From Macrostomum lignano (lineage: Eukaryota), in NCBI GenBank assembly GCA_002269645.1, contig NIVC01000001.1, forward strand, positions 2,294,001 to 2,358,000: a DNA stretch of 64,000 nt. Direction: 5' to 3'. Within the stretch, counting starts at the first letter, position 1. The number at the start of each line of letters is the position of its first letter. The notes under the pieces are model-generated. The model saw only the letters and a list, made by a program, of their open reading frames with translations, did no database searches and was not told the origin of the DNA. The position numbers were made by a program, and so were the translations under genes. This document shows positions 1-12,665 of the stretch, in pieces.

Positions 1-526
1 AAACAATATAATAACAATAATGTTATTATTATGCAACACTTAAAATAGCTAAATATGTTTGATAGACTTAGCAAATTTCAAATTATTTTACAGTTAGGCC
101 TAGGCCTAGGCCTACTATAAAAAATAGAACATTTGCTAAAAACAATTAACAAGACTTTCTTAATAGTGCCTTTTTGAAATTATTTAATATGTTGGCTTGG
201 CATTGGCATTGCTTTAGAAGTTTAAGCCTAGTTGTTACTTTTAGGGAGTTTTAGCTAAGCATTTTAGTCACATTATATGATGATCATTGTTGCTAACACA
301 AGTATATAAGGTGCATTTCTCAGTTTGCAACTATGTCTAAGTTGCAAACCTTTTTATTAGCTACCTCAATTTTTTGGTCATGGTGGAATCGTTTACATTT
401 GAAGCCTGATGAAGTTTTCAATTTCAGCAAGGAAAAAAACTGCTAGATATGTTTAGCCTACTTTTGAGGGAGCTAACTGGAGCTTCAGCAAGTGTTCTGT
501 GCACAAACTGAGTGCAGTTTGAAAAT

Positions 527-625
527 CATACAATCGCAACTGCTGGCTGACCTGGCCAATCTGGCCACCGTAAATTGTGGTGGACCAGGGCAGGGAAAGT
601 TGCAAAAATGCCCACCCCAAAAAAT
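527..625 (+). mobile_element. Degenerate left-end fragment of the hAT-like MITE family seen intact at 29389-29685
   Basis: CATACAATCGCAAC...GCAAAAATGCCCACCCCAAAAAAT aligns with CATACATGCGCAAC...GCAAAAATGCCCACCCAAAAAAT of the intact copy; no right end found. Confidence 0.45.
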
Positions 626-2425
626 ATAGATGTAGGCCTAGTATATAGTACTAGGCCCTAATTAGATGACTAATAAATATATATTTTTATAATAAATAAT
701 AATAACTGAGACTATAGATGCCTATGTTTTATGTACTTTATCTTTCGATATAGGCCTAGCAAACGTCATAACGTGAATGTAAAACTTGAATTTGACTGCG
801 TCTAGACGCTAACTTTGTTGCCTGACTTACAATGATGGCCGACTTCTGGGGTCCTTGTTGTGCCATAGTTGTTTGTTTCAAGACTGAATTGAATGCTTAA
901 GCAATAGAAACAGAAAATAGCGGAAATCTAAATAAAATAAAGTGGAATATTGACGTAAGTACGATACTAAATGGGACAAAAAGGGCGCGGGCAAATTAAA
1001 AAATTATATTAAAAATGAATATTGAAATTGTGCTTTTCCAAGAAATAATAATGTTTTAAATGAATGCCTATCTATTTGTGAAGCAATTCTGAAATAAAAT
1101 TAAATTGAGGGTTCTTTTTATTATCATCGCATGTAACTAAAATCAAGCTAGAAGTTAATGTTGCTATTCTATATTTTAACACTTATCTGCGATTGATAGG
1201 ATTACTATTATTTTAGTAACGAGGAAATGTCTCAAAGATAGATCAGAGCCAAGGACCACTGTATATAACTGTTATATACACTGGTGCTTGATCAGAGCTA
1301 CAGCTGATATCTCCCTAACTGTGTTGTAATTGTACCGAAGATATTGAAACGCTTTGCTGATGATCTATGAGTTGGAGCTGGTGCAGGCTCAGCCCATATT
1401 TTCAGTCAGCCCATCTTATTTATACAAAATATTTTGTATCCAGTCTTAAATTGTAAGAACAACTAATTGCTTATGTTTTTTGGATGCGTGCATCAAGGGT
1501 CGATGACGACACATTTATGAAGATTAGTCGGAGTCAGCTAGCAAACAACCCACATACATGTATGAGCCCACAAAAGCAAACTCTAGCTATGATCGATGTA
1601 CTCGTACATGTAGGTTTACTGCAATTAAGCTCTTTTCCAACACACCTCCGGCCACTCAAAAAAACGAAAAGCGAGCTAGCTTCTTGTTCATGTACGTACT
1701 GCAAGTAGCTGTAAGCGCGCATGGTTAGCAAAAATTTTGAAAGATTTAAGTTTTTTGATCAGCTACTCTATCCCAAGGACGACTATTGAAGATTAAATTA
1801 TACATGTATATGTGCATGTAAAGTTAGTCCTTGCATTCTTTTTCTATACACAAATAGTGTGCTAAATACATGTGTAAATGTGTAAATAATTTTGGCGGTC
1901 GTAAATATGTAAATTACATATAAGAATCAAATTGAAGGATATGTTAATCCGTCTGAACAGCTTGCATAAACCAAGATCCGCTTATAAATCAGTATGATTA
2001 GAATGTATAAATACACTGAAAATAAGTTTAGTTTTATAGCTGTTCAGTCAATTGTTTTAAATCGTGTTAGTGCAGTTGTCTGTCTTTGCTGTCGGATTGC
2101 GTGCTGAAAATTTCCCTCTGTTGGCTGTCAAGCAGAATTTGCCTCTATGCACGCAGCACACGAAAGATTTTGGGAAATTAGCTTTCTGCGGCTGCTGCTG
2201 CTACCCCTGGCCAGGGCGGGAAAAATACACTTGGGAATTCGGCAGCGACTTTTCTTTCAGCTCGATTGCTTGGTTCTGCTTGGCTGATTCGAATAAAGCC
2301 CCCAGGAGTTTTTTCGACTGAGAAAAACGATTTGATAGAATTTCTATAGGCAGCAGGCAGTCAGCCCCGATGATGATATGTTCTCTACACAATTCATTCT
2401 TCTTTATTAGCTGCCTGCACCATGC

Positions 2426-2830
2426 AGGGGCGCCAGCACCAGGGGCGCCAGCACCAGGGGCGCCAGCACCAGGGGCGCCAGCACCAGGGGCGCCAGCACC
2501 AGGGGCGCCAGCACCAGGGGCGCCAGCACCAGGGGCGCCAGCACCAGGGGCGCCAGCACCAGGGGCGCCAGCACCAGGGGCGCCAGCACCAGGGGCGCCA
2601 GCACCAGGGGCGCCAGCACCAGGGGCGCCAGCACCAGGGGCGCCAGCACCAGGGGCGCCAGCACCAGGGGCGCCAGCACCAGGGGCGCCAGCACCAGGGG
2701 CGCCAGCACCAGGGGCGCCAGCACCAGGGGCGCCAGCACCAGGGGCGCCAGCACCAGGGGCGCCAGCACCAGGGGCGCCAGCACCAGGGGCGCCAGCACC
2801 AGGGGCGCCAGCACCAGGGGCGCCAGCACC
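2426..2830. repeat. Perfect 15-bp minisatellite (AGGGGCGCCAGCACC) x27
   Basis: Direct reading; 405 bp with no variant units; source of the spurious GAPGA/LAPLV/QGRQH ORFs. Confidence 0.97.
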
Positions 2831-3608
2831 AGAGAGCCGCATAGCTTTACGAGTAAACCGCAGCTCAAGAAATAATACATTTGTTCGTTTAAACAGCGCA
2901 TCAACTAATTAGTACTTTGTTAACCGCAGTACCGCACCCAGCTTGCAGACATGACAGCTGGAATATCAGGCCACTTTATTACTGAAAATATGCAGGCGAG
3001 GGGAGGGACGGGCAGGTTTGCACGCAGGCAATGACGCGCCGGGGCGCCAACAGACGGACAGAAGATAATTAAGCTGAGCAGCTCCAAGTGGGTATAAGAG
3101 TGACAACGCGCTTATTCAGAGCCCAGGTAATTTTGCATTGCATAGCTAGTGGCAAAGAATTTAATACCAACTATGACGTAGAGACAAGCAGCATTGAAGC
3201 TGCTCGGCAAATTCTAACGGTCAGGTTACAGAAACTCGCGAGCACTGTAGTTATTTGTGCTGAGAATGCAGAGCAGAAGCGAGCTCGAGCTGCATTCATT
3301 TGAGCGAATGAGAAGAGCAAAACGAAAAAGAATTGATACTTTTTGCGTCCGAAGTGGGCGAATGCGAGTGCATACGAGTGTCGAGAGGGAGAGGCCTCGC
3401 CTGATGAAACCCTGTGAACTGTGCAAATATAGCTGCTGTACTCTAATATGTGTAGCCACTCAACTCATGCCATGCAGATTCAAATATTGGGATTTCATTT
3501 TGTTTACATAATACAGGCAGGGTAAATCACGTGGTCCTTGACCAAATTTAAAGCTAGGTCTCCTTCGATGAGTTGAAAATTGGGTTACATTAGCTATAGC
3601 ATTTTTTC

Positions 3609-4213
3609 ATCACAGAAAGACACTTCACGGAAAGACACATCAGGGAAAGACACATTACAGAACGACACATTACAGAACGACACATCACAGAACGACACAT
3701 CACAGAACGACACATCACAGAACGAGAGGTCACAGAAAGACACATCACAGAAAGACACATCACAGAAAGATACATCACAGAAACACACGTCACAGAAGGA
3801 CACATTACAGATAGACACATCACAGATAGACACGTCACAGAAAGACACATCACAGAAAGACACATCGCAGATAGACACATCACAGAAAGATACATCACAG
3901 AAAGATACATCACAGAAAGACACATCACAGAAAGACACATCACAGAAAGACACATCACAGAAAGACACATCACAGAAAGACACATCACAGAAAGACACAT
4001 CACAGAAAGACACATCACAGAAAGACACATCACAGATAGATACATCACAGATAGATACATCACAGAAAGACACATCACAGAAAGACACATCACAGAAAGA
4101 CACATCACAGAAAGATACATCACAGAAAGATACATCACAGAAAGACACATCACAGAAAGACACATCACAGAAAGACACATCACAGAAAGACACAGCACAG
4201 AAACACACATCAT
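3609..4213. repeat. 15-bp minisatellite (CACAGAAAGACACAT), about 40 copies
   Basis: Direct reading; more diverged units at the 5' end. Confidence 0.95.
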
Positions 4214-5019
4214 AGAAAAGTTTGTTTGGCGGCTTTTCTAAGCTTTGCAAATCTAGGTCAAGCCTCCAACCCTTTCTACGCAAGATTCACTGCCGCTTTC
4301 GCAAATTTGATTTGCACTTTGCAGCTGGAGAGATCGGCGTTCTTCCTTCCTCATTAGACATGGCCATCCGTGCAGTGCAGAGCAAGGCAAATCATAAAGT
4401 GCAGCCCCAGCCGTTGATCTTCGTTCGTCATCGAGCGCCAAAATTTTCCCACTCCAGCCGCAATGCTGCTTGGAAGTCGAGTTGCACACTACACCCTCGT
4501 TGGAGAGGAGAGGCGAGGGAGGAGGCGGTCAAACTAATGAAGCGCTGATGCGGGACAGACAGCTGAAAAAGCGCGCGGAGAAAAAATCCTGCAAGAAGGG
4601 GGAGTGGCAGCGCAAAAGTAGGAGTTTTTCAACACAAAAAAGGAAACGTCAGTACGAGGCGCCATCAGGCCTGTTCTTGTTTTGGCCTTGTGGCAGGAAG
4701 GAGGCCAGCTGTTAGTGTTGGCAAAAAAAACCGAAACCCGAGAACAAGAAGAAAGACTTTGTGTACCCTCTGTCTTCTTCTGGGCCGGTTTTCTGCGTTG
4801 CCTTATGGAATGAATACCTCTTAGCTAATTTGAGACATTGCGAGCCAGTTGAGGGCAGTATAATGACGCCATTGCTGTGTCCATTTTCTACGAGCGGAGA
4901 TGCGGTTTATTCTCGTAAAAAGCATTAAATAGCAGCTTCTTATTCTGATTGAAAGCTGCCTTTTATTTTTGTACACTCTGGCTTATATGCACTCAGATGG
5001 AGACGCAAACTCTTGAATT

Positions 5020-5747
5020 AGTTGGGCGTGACTAATGTACAGTCAGATAAGGGACGAAAACTATTGGATTGCTAGGGCGTGCCTAATGTACACTCAGATG
5101 GGGACGAAAACTATTGGATTGCTAGGGCGTGCCTAATGTACACTCAGATAAGGGACGAAAACTATTGGATTGCTAGGGCGTGCCTAATGTACACTCAGAT
5201 GGGGATGAAAACTATTGGATTGCTAGGGCGTGCCTAATGTACACTCAGATGGGGACGAAAACTATTGGATTGCTAGGGCGTGCCTAATGTACACTCAGAT
5301 AAGGGACGAAAACTATTGGATTGCTAGGGTGTGCCTAATGTACACTCAGATGGGGATGAAAACTATTGGATTGCTAGGGCGTGCCTAATGTACACTCAGA
5401 TGGGGACGAAAACTATTGGATTGCTAGGGCGTTGGCTAATTTACACTCAGATGAGGACGAAAACTGTTGGATTGCTAGGTCGTGGCTAATGTACACTCAT
5501 ATGGGGATTAAAACTATTGGATTGCTAGGGCGTGGGTAATGTACACTCATATGGGGATTAAAACTATTGGATTGCTAGGGCGTGGCTAATGTACACTCAG
5601 ATAAGGGACGAAAACTATTGGATTGCTAGGGCGTGGGTAATGTACGCTCAGATAAGGGACGAAAACTATTGGATTGCTAGGGCGTGGGTAATGTACACTC
5701 AGATAAGGGACGAAAACTATTGGATTGCTAGGGCGTGGGTAATGTAA
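5020..5747. repeat. 50-51-bp minisatellite (CTAATGTACACTCAGATGGGGACGAAAACTATTGGATTGCTAGGGCGTGC), about 14 copies
   Basis: Period 50 measured (5083 to 5133); no unique spacers. Confidence 0.95.
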
Positions 5748-6096
5748 ACTTTACTTTTTTATTCATTTTGTTGTTAAAAAATAAATCAACAACCATTGAT
5801 TTAAATAAATAGCCATAACCATGCACGAGCTGAGTATTTATTATTTGCAAGCAGAATCAGTTCTATCGCAGCGACTAAATTTGCTATTTGCGCTAAGTGG
5901 TGCCAATTTTTCGCTCAGGCCTGAGCTCACAAGGGATCCGGAAGCGTGACAGAGAGAAAACGCGAGGAAAACACAAGCAAGAAAGCAACTTTCAGGCAAT
6001 AACTGGCAAGCACGAAAACACTTTGTTGTTAGAAGCCAGACAGCTTGCAATTAGCGATGTGAACAGGAAAATAATAAGATTGACAGATTGCGAGCG

Positions 6097-8751
6097 TCAC
6101 CACTGCAGGCCAAACTTCTTGGTCTGGTTCCTCACCACCTGGCTAAACTGCGGATCAGTCTCCAGCACTGGCAGGTAGCACAGGTAGGAACTGGCCGCGC
6201 TGTTGCAGAAGTTGCACACCAGCAGCTGGGCCGGCTGGGCTCCCGCTGCCGAGCTGCAGAACCAGCACCTGGGCTGCTCGTCCGGCGGAGCCAGGTGCTG
6301 GCCACAGGTGAGCGCAGGCACGGCGCCGCCGGCCCTGCTCATCGCCAGCGCCTGGCCGCAGTAAATGCAGCACCTGACCCGCGGCTGGCGCTCAGCATTG
6401 GCGCCAGGCTGTTCGGCGCATTCGAGGCAGGCGACCAGGCCGCGCGGCGCGGAGCCGGAAGCCGACGCCACCGGCTGCGACTTGTCCGCCGCAACTTTGG
6501 GCACCCGGCAGCGCCAGGAGCTGTAAACGCCGCTGGCTGTCTGGTGCGGCACCCGCGACCGACGCTGCGGCGAGCCACTGACGGGGAAGCCGCTGCCGGC
6601 CTGCAGCAGGGCGTGCAGCTCGGACCGCCGGTCACTCCAGTACAGGTGGAATGGCAGGTCCCTGGCCAGGTAGGCGCAGCCGAAGCCGATCCGCTCGGCC
6701 AGCAGGATAAAGTCGACGGCCAGGCTGTGCCAGCGCTTGGCCCGCTCCGGACTGTCCACCAGCTGCAGCGCCTGGGCGGCGGCCGAGCGCGCCAGCTCGT
6801 GCCGATAGGCGAGCGCCGAGGATTCGCGCCGAATATGACGCAGGAACGGCCGCGCCATGCGGAGCAGCCGCCGGTAGTTGGTCAGCGGCAGCGGCTGGAG
6901 CGACCGCGTAGGAGGCGACACCTCCGACGCTTCGGTCGGCGAAGCGGCTCGATATTCGACGACGAAGCGCAGCAACAAGCGGACGTGCCGCTCCCAGAGT
7001 CCGACTCGGGCCACGCAGGCGAGAGCGAGCAAAGCGGCCAGGGACCCGTCCGCGTCTTCCTCGGCCAGTAGGCGGGTGGCCACAGAGAGAAGCAGATCGC
7101 GCGCCCCACCGGGAAGGCCGGCAGCAGCGGCCGGGCCGGAGCGGTGAACCTCGCCGCAGGCCTCGACCAGCCAGAGCGGGTTGGCGGCCGCTGCCGGTGC
7201 CGCCGCGCCGCTGCCTGCCCTGACGCCGAGTAGGGCGTCGGTCAGTTCGCTGCTCCAGTCCTCGCCGAGCCGGCCTCGGCAGACCAGCGCCTGAGCGGCG
7301 GGTTCCAGCGGCTGCAGCTCGTAAAGGCAGACGCTGCGCTCGCTGAAGCAGCGGTCAAGATCGCGCCGACGGCAGGAGACCACACATCGGACGTTCTGCG
7401 GCCAGGCGACTGGCAGGAGCTCGCCGACGTGGGACACTTCGTAGAAGCACTCGAACGCGTCGATGAGGATGAGCATGGTCCGCTTGGCGCTCATGATGGA
7501 GTTGAACAGCTCCGAGACGCTGCGGGTCGCCTGCTCGTCGCCAAGACGGGCAGCCTCCGCCTCGGTCAGCTGGCCGCGCAGGAAGGCCTTCATCTTGCGC
7601 TGCAGGGTTCGCCGATCGTTCGAGGCCGGCGACAGTTGGGCGAAATGCGCCAGCACGTCGAATCCGCGCCGGTCGAGGAAGGCGGCGCCGAGTCTGGCCA
7701 GCATGGTTGACTTGCCGGCGCCGGGGTCGCCGGACACCACCACGGACTTGACGCCGGGCAGGCCGAAGGCGATGTGGTCGGCCGAGTCGCCGAAAAGGCG
7801 AAAGTCAGCCATGGACAGTTCGCCAGTCTCAACGAAGTTGGTGAGCAGGCTGAGGCAGCGCTCCTGGCCGGCTATGGTGGCGGGAGTCTGGCTGTCGGTC
7901 TCCAGTAGCGACTGCAGGTAGCCGATGTGCGCCTCGTTCGAGTCGCTGATCTCGGTGGTCAGCGTGACGTCGATGGGCGCCGTCGCCGATGGAAACTGCT
8001 CGGAGACGACTCGCTTGAGCTGCTCCAGGACGCAGGCTTCGAAGCTGTCGAGGCTGTCGGCAGCCGAGCGCGAGTACTGCAGCACTCGACTGGCCGGCAG
8101 GCGACTGGCGATCTCCAGTCGATACCGAGCAGCCTGGGCCGTCGCTGCTCCGCCGTCGTCATTGCTGTCGTCGTCCATCAGCAGCAGGAAAAGCGCGGCA
8201 GCGCAGCGACTCGGCGACGGATCCAGAGCGCCACAGCTCAGCGCCTCGGCCAGATCCGTTGAGCAGCCGGCGGGCAAGCCGGTGGCCGCCAGCTCCGTCT
8301 CGCTGACTTCGGGGCCCAGGCGGTGGCCGACCAGGCCGAGGAAGATGCAACAGCCGCCCGCCTGGCCGAGCAGGTCCAGGTGCGTCCGGTCCGAGTCGCC
8401 CGGCGCCAGGCCGCAGCGCGGGTCGCACTCGTCCAGCGCCAGGCGCCGCGCCTCGCACCAGTCGCGCAGGTCGGGGAAGACGTGCCGAGAGAGGCGGTCG
8501 CGCTCGTCAGCGAAGTCGGCCAGCGCCGAGGAGACGAACACGCTGACGGTCGGCCAGGCGCGCCGCCTGCGCGGAGTCGGCGATGCAGGCGCCGGCGCTG
8601 GCGCCGACAAATCCGACGACGACGACGACAAGATCGTCGAGTCGATTCGCTTCCAGAGCCCGTTGACCACGGCAGCAGCTTCGGCTGGTTGATCCAGCCA
8701 AGTGGCCTGGCAACGAGCCAGCAGGTCTGCGCTATCGTTGCAATTGTGCAT
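6097..8751 (-). CDS. Intronless DUF4062-NACHT/AAA (STAND NTPase, NWD1/TEP1/NPHP3-like) protein with Cys-rich C-terminus, 884 aa
   Basis: 884-aa GC-rich ORF; N-terminal TVSVFVSSALADFADERDRLSRHVFPDLRDWCEARRLALDECDPRCG matches the DUF4062 pattern (VFISSTFxDMxxERxxLxxxVFPxL...DLRWG); Walker A GDPGAGKS; Walker B LILIDAFE; C-terminal CLEC..CIYC..CGQH..CWFC..CNFC. Confidence 0.8.
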   Translation of the reverse strand: MHNCNDSADLLARCQATWLDQPAEAAAVVNGLWKRIDSTILSSSSSDLSAPAPAPASPTPRRRRAWPTVSVFVSSALADFADERDRLSRHVFPDLRDWCEARRLALDECDPRCGLAPGDSDRTHLDLLGQAGGCCIFLGLVGHRLGPEVSETELAATGLPAGCSTDLAEALSCGALDPSPSRCAAALFLLLMDDDSNDDGGAATAQAARYRLEIASRLPASRVLQYSRSAADSLDSFEACVLEQLKRVVSEQFPSATAPIDVTLTTEISDSNEAHIGYLQSLLETDSQTPATIAGQERCLSLLTNFVETGELSMADFRLFGDSADHIAFGLPGVKSVVVSGDPGAGKSTMLARLGAAFLDRRGFDVLAHFAQLSPASNDRRTLQRKMKAFLRGQLTEAEAARLGDEQATRSVSELFNSIMSAKRTMLILIDAFECFYEVSHVGELLPVAWPQNVRCVVSCRRRDLDRCFSERSVCLYELQPLEPAAQALVCRGRLGEDWSSELTDALLGVRAGSGAAAPAAAANPLWLVEACGEVHRSGPAAAAGLPGGARDLLLSVATRLLAEEDADGSLAALLALACVARVGLWERHVRLLLRFVVEYRAASPTEASEVSPPTRSLQPLPLTNYRRLLRMARPFLRHIRRESSALAYRHELARSAAAQALQLVDSPERAKRWHSLAVDFILLAERIGFGCAYLARDLPFHLYWSDRRSELHALLQAGSGFPVSGSPQRRSRVPHQTASGVYSSWRCRVPKVAADKSQPVASASGSAPRGLVACLECAEQPGANAERQPRVRCCIYCGQALAMSRAGGAVPALTCGQHLAPPDEQPRCWFCSSAAGAQPAQLLVCNFCNSAASSYLCYLPVLETDPQFSQVVRNQTKKFGLQW

Positions 8752-9693
8752 GGCAACTGACCGCTAGTGCAGGGTTCTAGCCTAAGGTGTTACTTTAGTC
8801 TGTGCCCACGCAGCTGAGTTGCCAAGGGTTTGAGCATGAGGCTGTGACATCGATTTATGGAGATGAGGGGAAGCGGGTCTGCTTGCATCGCTCCACCGAC
8901 GCTACCAAAGAAGCATGAGCCTTGCTGTTACTGGCTCAGAGAAGCCAGTGCGTTGTTCCATTGGTTGGCTGCCCCCCCCCCAAATCTTGAGAGAGGTCTG
9001 CCCTCTTTTGCCGCTACTAGCCAAGCCTAGGGACGTCTGTCTCGCACTCTCGGTCTCTGCTGGAGCGTCGGGGGGCTGCGCGGTGGCTGGTCGGTGCTTT
9101 GTACCCTTTAGCTCCAAGCCGTTCACCCGCGCACTCTATAATAATTCTTCTCTGCGGTGTTAGTGGCTTTTTTGAGGGCCGCTTGGGAAGGGCGGCGCAG
9201 GGGTAAGAAGTGGGGGCGAGGGGGCGAGGTCGATTGAGGACAGGCGGGCGGCCAGGAGATCTGGGCGATTGGCGCGTACGGTGGAGGAGCGGCCGACAAT
9301 ATTCCCATTTCTTTCTTCTTCCTCTTTCCCTTTCCACTCCGTCACTACCTGGAGCACTGAAGATTGCTGCCGGAGAAGATTTTTTCGGAGAAGCTAAAGA
9401 AAGCGGGGAGAGAAAGCGCTGGGAGATCTGCAGCGCTGGAAAAAAGTCGAAATATCCAAAATACGCGACCGACTTTTCATTCCTGTGTGACAGGCGTGCG
9501 TTACGTGCCTCAGAGAGGCCTAGTGCTATTGTTAATAAAACTGTGGGGGCTTTTACGACTCTCAGTGCTCAACTAGCCTGTAATATAGAGGTGGTAGTAT
9601 CTCAGTGATAGAAATGGGAAATTTTATGCTTTCGGATACGGAGCAACTGCTCATGCAGATTTGGCTAGTATTGACTACCGGTTTATGACCCAT

Positions 9694-10357
9694 CTAGCCC
9701 ACAAGGATGCAGGAATAGAATGGATTGCTAATCTAGCCCACAAGGATGCAGGAATAGAATGGATTGCTAATCTGGCCCACAAGGATGCAGGAATAGAATG
9801 GATTGCTAATCTAGCCCACAAGGATGCAGGAGTAGAATGGATTGCTAATCTAGCCCACAAGGATGCAGGAATAGAATGGATTGCTAATCTAGCCCACAAG
9901 GATGCAGGAATAGAATGGATTGCTAATCTAGCCCACAAGGATGCAGGAATAGAATGGATTGCTAATCTAGCCCACAAGGATGCAGGAATAGAATGGATTG
10001 CTAATCTAGCCCACAAGGATGCAGGAATAGAATGGATTGCTAATCTAGCCCACAAGGATGCAGGAATAGAATGGATTGCTAATCTAGCCCACAAGGATGC
10101 AGGAGTAGAATGGATTGCTAATCTAGCCCACAAGGATGCAGGAATAGAATGGATTGCTAATCTAGCCCACAAGGATGCAGGAATAGAATGGATTGCTAAT
10201 CTAGCCCACAATGATGCAGGAACAGAATGGATTGCTAATCTAGCCCACAAGGATGCAGGAATAGAATGGATTGCTAATCTAGCCCACAAGGATGCAGGAA
10301 CAGAATGGATTGCTAATCTAGCCCACAAGGATGCAGGAACAGAATGGAGTGCTAATC
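9694..10357. repeat. 39-bp minisatellite (CTAGCCCACAAGGATGCAGGAATAGAATGGATTGCTAAT) x17
   Basis: Direct reading; underlies ORFs 9661-10416 and 9675-10328. Confidence 0.95.
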
Positions 10358-10805
10358 CAAGCGCACTAGAAAGTGCTCAGCTGGTTATGAGCGAAGAGCA
10401 GACAAAAATAAAATAAATATCTTCAAAAAGAACAAATACGCCTACTTATTCACACTGAGAGCCTCTCAAATCCAGTTAATCCTCCCGTCCAGCTGATCCT
10501 GCACTCGGGGGACTGCTAATCCCAGGACAGCTGGAGACCAGCCCGGCCTGCAGATTGGCGGCCTGCTCAGTCGGGCAGGCGGTGCTCAAATTTCTCGCCC
10601 AAGCCGCTACTTCTTGCCGGCTGGTCATAAATTAAGCAGGCAAATGCTGGCCTCAGTGCCGCCGCCTGTGCAAGCATTCGATGAGGCTCTGGATTTCATA
10701 TGGCTGAGTGTGCACAGCGTATCTGAGCACTCAATAAAATACTGTCGGCTCAGCTCAAAGCGCCTGCCGCAGCTGGCAATTCATCATTGTCGGCCTCTTC
10801 AGCTG

Positions 10806-11007
<202 letters not shown>

Positions 11008-12000
11008 TAGATAGCGAGAAAGAGCGAGCGAAGCGAGCTCTTTCGAGCTTGCTTGCCGCAGCCAATCACGCTGAAAGCACGCACACAAGATCACCGGAAA
11101 CGATTAAGGCAGCTGGAAAGCCAATGGGCGCGGTAAGCGCTTTTATCCAGAGGAACTACCTGCTGGAACCAGCCATGCCGAACGAAAATCAGACTACTCA
11201 AGTAGTGCAAAAGAGTGCGAGCAACTACCGAGAAATCTAATTTTCGTAACCGCTCCGGTGCAGGTCTTGGCAATAGATGGTAGATAGCGAGAAAGAGCGA
11301 GCGAAGCGATGTTTCTTTCCTATAAAAGATTGGATTTTGGTCATTTTACTATAAGTAGTGCAAAATGCGCATCCATAGACACTTGGCTATTCACTGCGCA
11401 CAGTACATGTAGAGAAGCACTCACAATGAATTTCAACTAAGCCTGAGCCTCTCCAATTCCCCAATCCCATTTCTGCGCATGAAATTCCATCCAGATCCCA
11501 ACAGGCCCATCGCCAGGCTATCAAAGATCGAGCAGTCATGGATATCAGGAAGTCAAAAAGGGACTTGAGCTGAGCACCAGAAGGAAGCACAGGACATGCG
11601 GGGGGTGACCCGATGCCCCTAAAAATGGATAGGGCGGAGGGAGATTTTCTGTAATATTTGGCATTAAAACAATGTCATTCCAGAATGAATTACACATAGG
11701 CATGATATAGGATAGATTGCCAATGCAATTCATTCCCCGAGTCTGAGCACATGCAGCCAGCAGACGCAGTCAGTCAGACTCAGCAATGGCCCCAGCGCTC
11801 ACCCTTTGTTTGCGCAATCAGACTGTCTAAATAATTGCAGCATCAGCTCCACCGCCTATACAGCTGGTTAATGCTAAGCCGATATCCGGATGTGTAGACG
11901 CGGTTTCACCACAAAACTATCTCTTCACAGGCCATCATCAATTACCGGAATCAGTAGTTGGTACCCAACCAGTATTTGACCTTGAGTTGGGTGGGGCGGT

Positions 12001-12420
12001 GTAGCAATCGTGTACAGGATCTAGCTCTAGTACAGTAGCAATCGTGTACAGGATCTAGCTCTAGTACAGTAGCAATCGTGTACAGGATCTAGCTCTAGTA
12101 CAGTAGCAATCGTGTACAGGATCTAGCTCTAGTACAGTAGCAATCGTGTACAGGATCTAGCTCTAGTACAGTAGCAATCGTGTACAGGATCTAGCTCTAG
12201 TACAGTAGCAATCGTGTACAGGATCTAGCTCTAGTACAGTAGCAATCGTGTACAGGATCTAGCTCTAGTACAGTAGCAATCGTGTACAGGATCTAGCTCT
12301 AGTACAGTAGCAATCGTGTACAGGATCTAGCTCTAGCACAGTAGCAATAGTGTACAGGATCTAGCTCTAGTACAGTAGCAATCGTGTACAGGATCTAGCT
12401 CTAGTACAGTAGCAATCGTT
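12001..12420. repeat. 34-bp minisatellite (GTAGCAATCGTGTACAGGATCTAGCTCTAGTACA), about 12 copies
   Basis: Period 34 (12001 to 12035). Confidence 0.95.
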
Positions 12421-12665
12421 TACAGAACCCAGCCTGTACAGACATGTGTATACAACCCTGCCAGTACAGATATCGTGTACAAAACCTAGCCAGTACAGAT
12501 ATCGTATACAAAACCTAGCCAGTACAGATATCGTGTACAGAACCCAGCCTGTACAGACATCGTGTACAGAACCCAGCCAGTACAGACATCGTGTACAGAA
12601 CCCAGCCAGTACAGACATCGTGTACAGAACCCAGCCAGTACAGACATCGTGTACAGAACGCAGCC
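12421..12665. repeat. 29-bp minisatellite (GTGTACAGAACCCAGCCAGTACAGACATC), about 8 copies, contiguous with the 34-mer array
   Basis: Period 29 (12562 to 12591). Confidence 0.9.

Noticed and set aside
831-866. Possible first coding exon on minus (MAQQGPQKSAII|gtaagt) of a gene leaving the window
   Set aside because: Good donor and ATG but only 12 codons, and I could not find a matching downstream exon
2201-2912. Collagen- or elastin-like GAPGA/PAPGA ORFs
   Set aside because: Perfect DNA-level 15-mer with no synonymous variation, open in several frames on both strands, and no signal peptide or splice support
3580-4283. Pentapeptide-repeat-like proteins (CDVSF, SQKDT; also GDFGQ at 62017-62441)
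   Set aside because: Translations of 15-bp minisatellites; the 62 kb array lies inside a CFAP77 intron
5020-5747. CRISPR-like regular array (also 9694-10357, 12001-12420, 16778-17420)
   Set aside because: Units are contiguous with no unique spacers, there are no cas genes, and the context is eukaryotic; these are minisatellites
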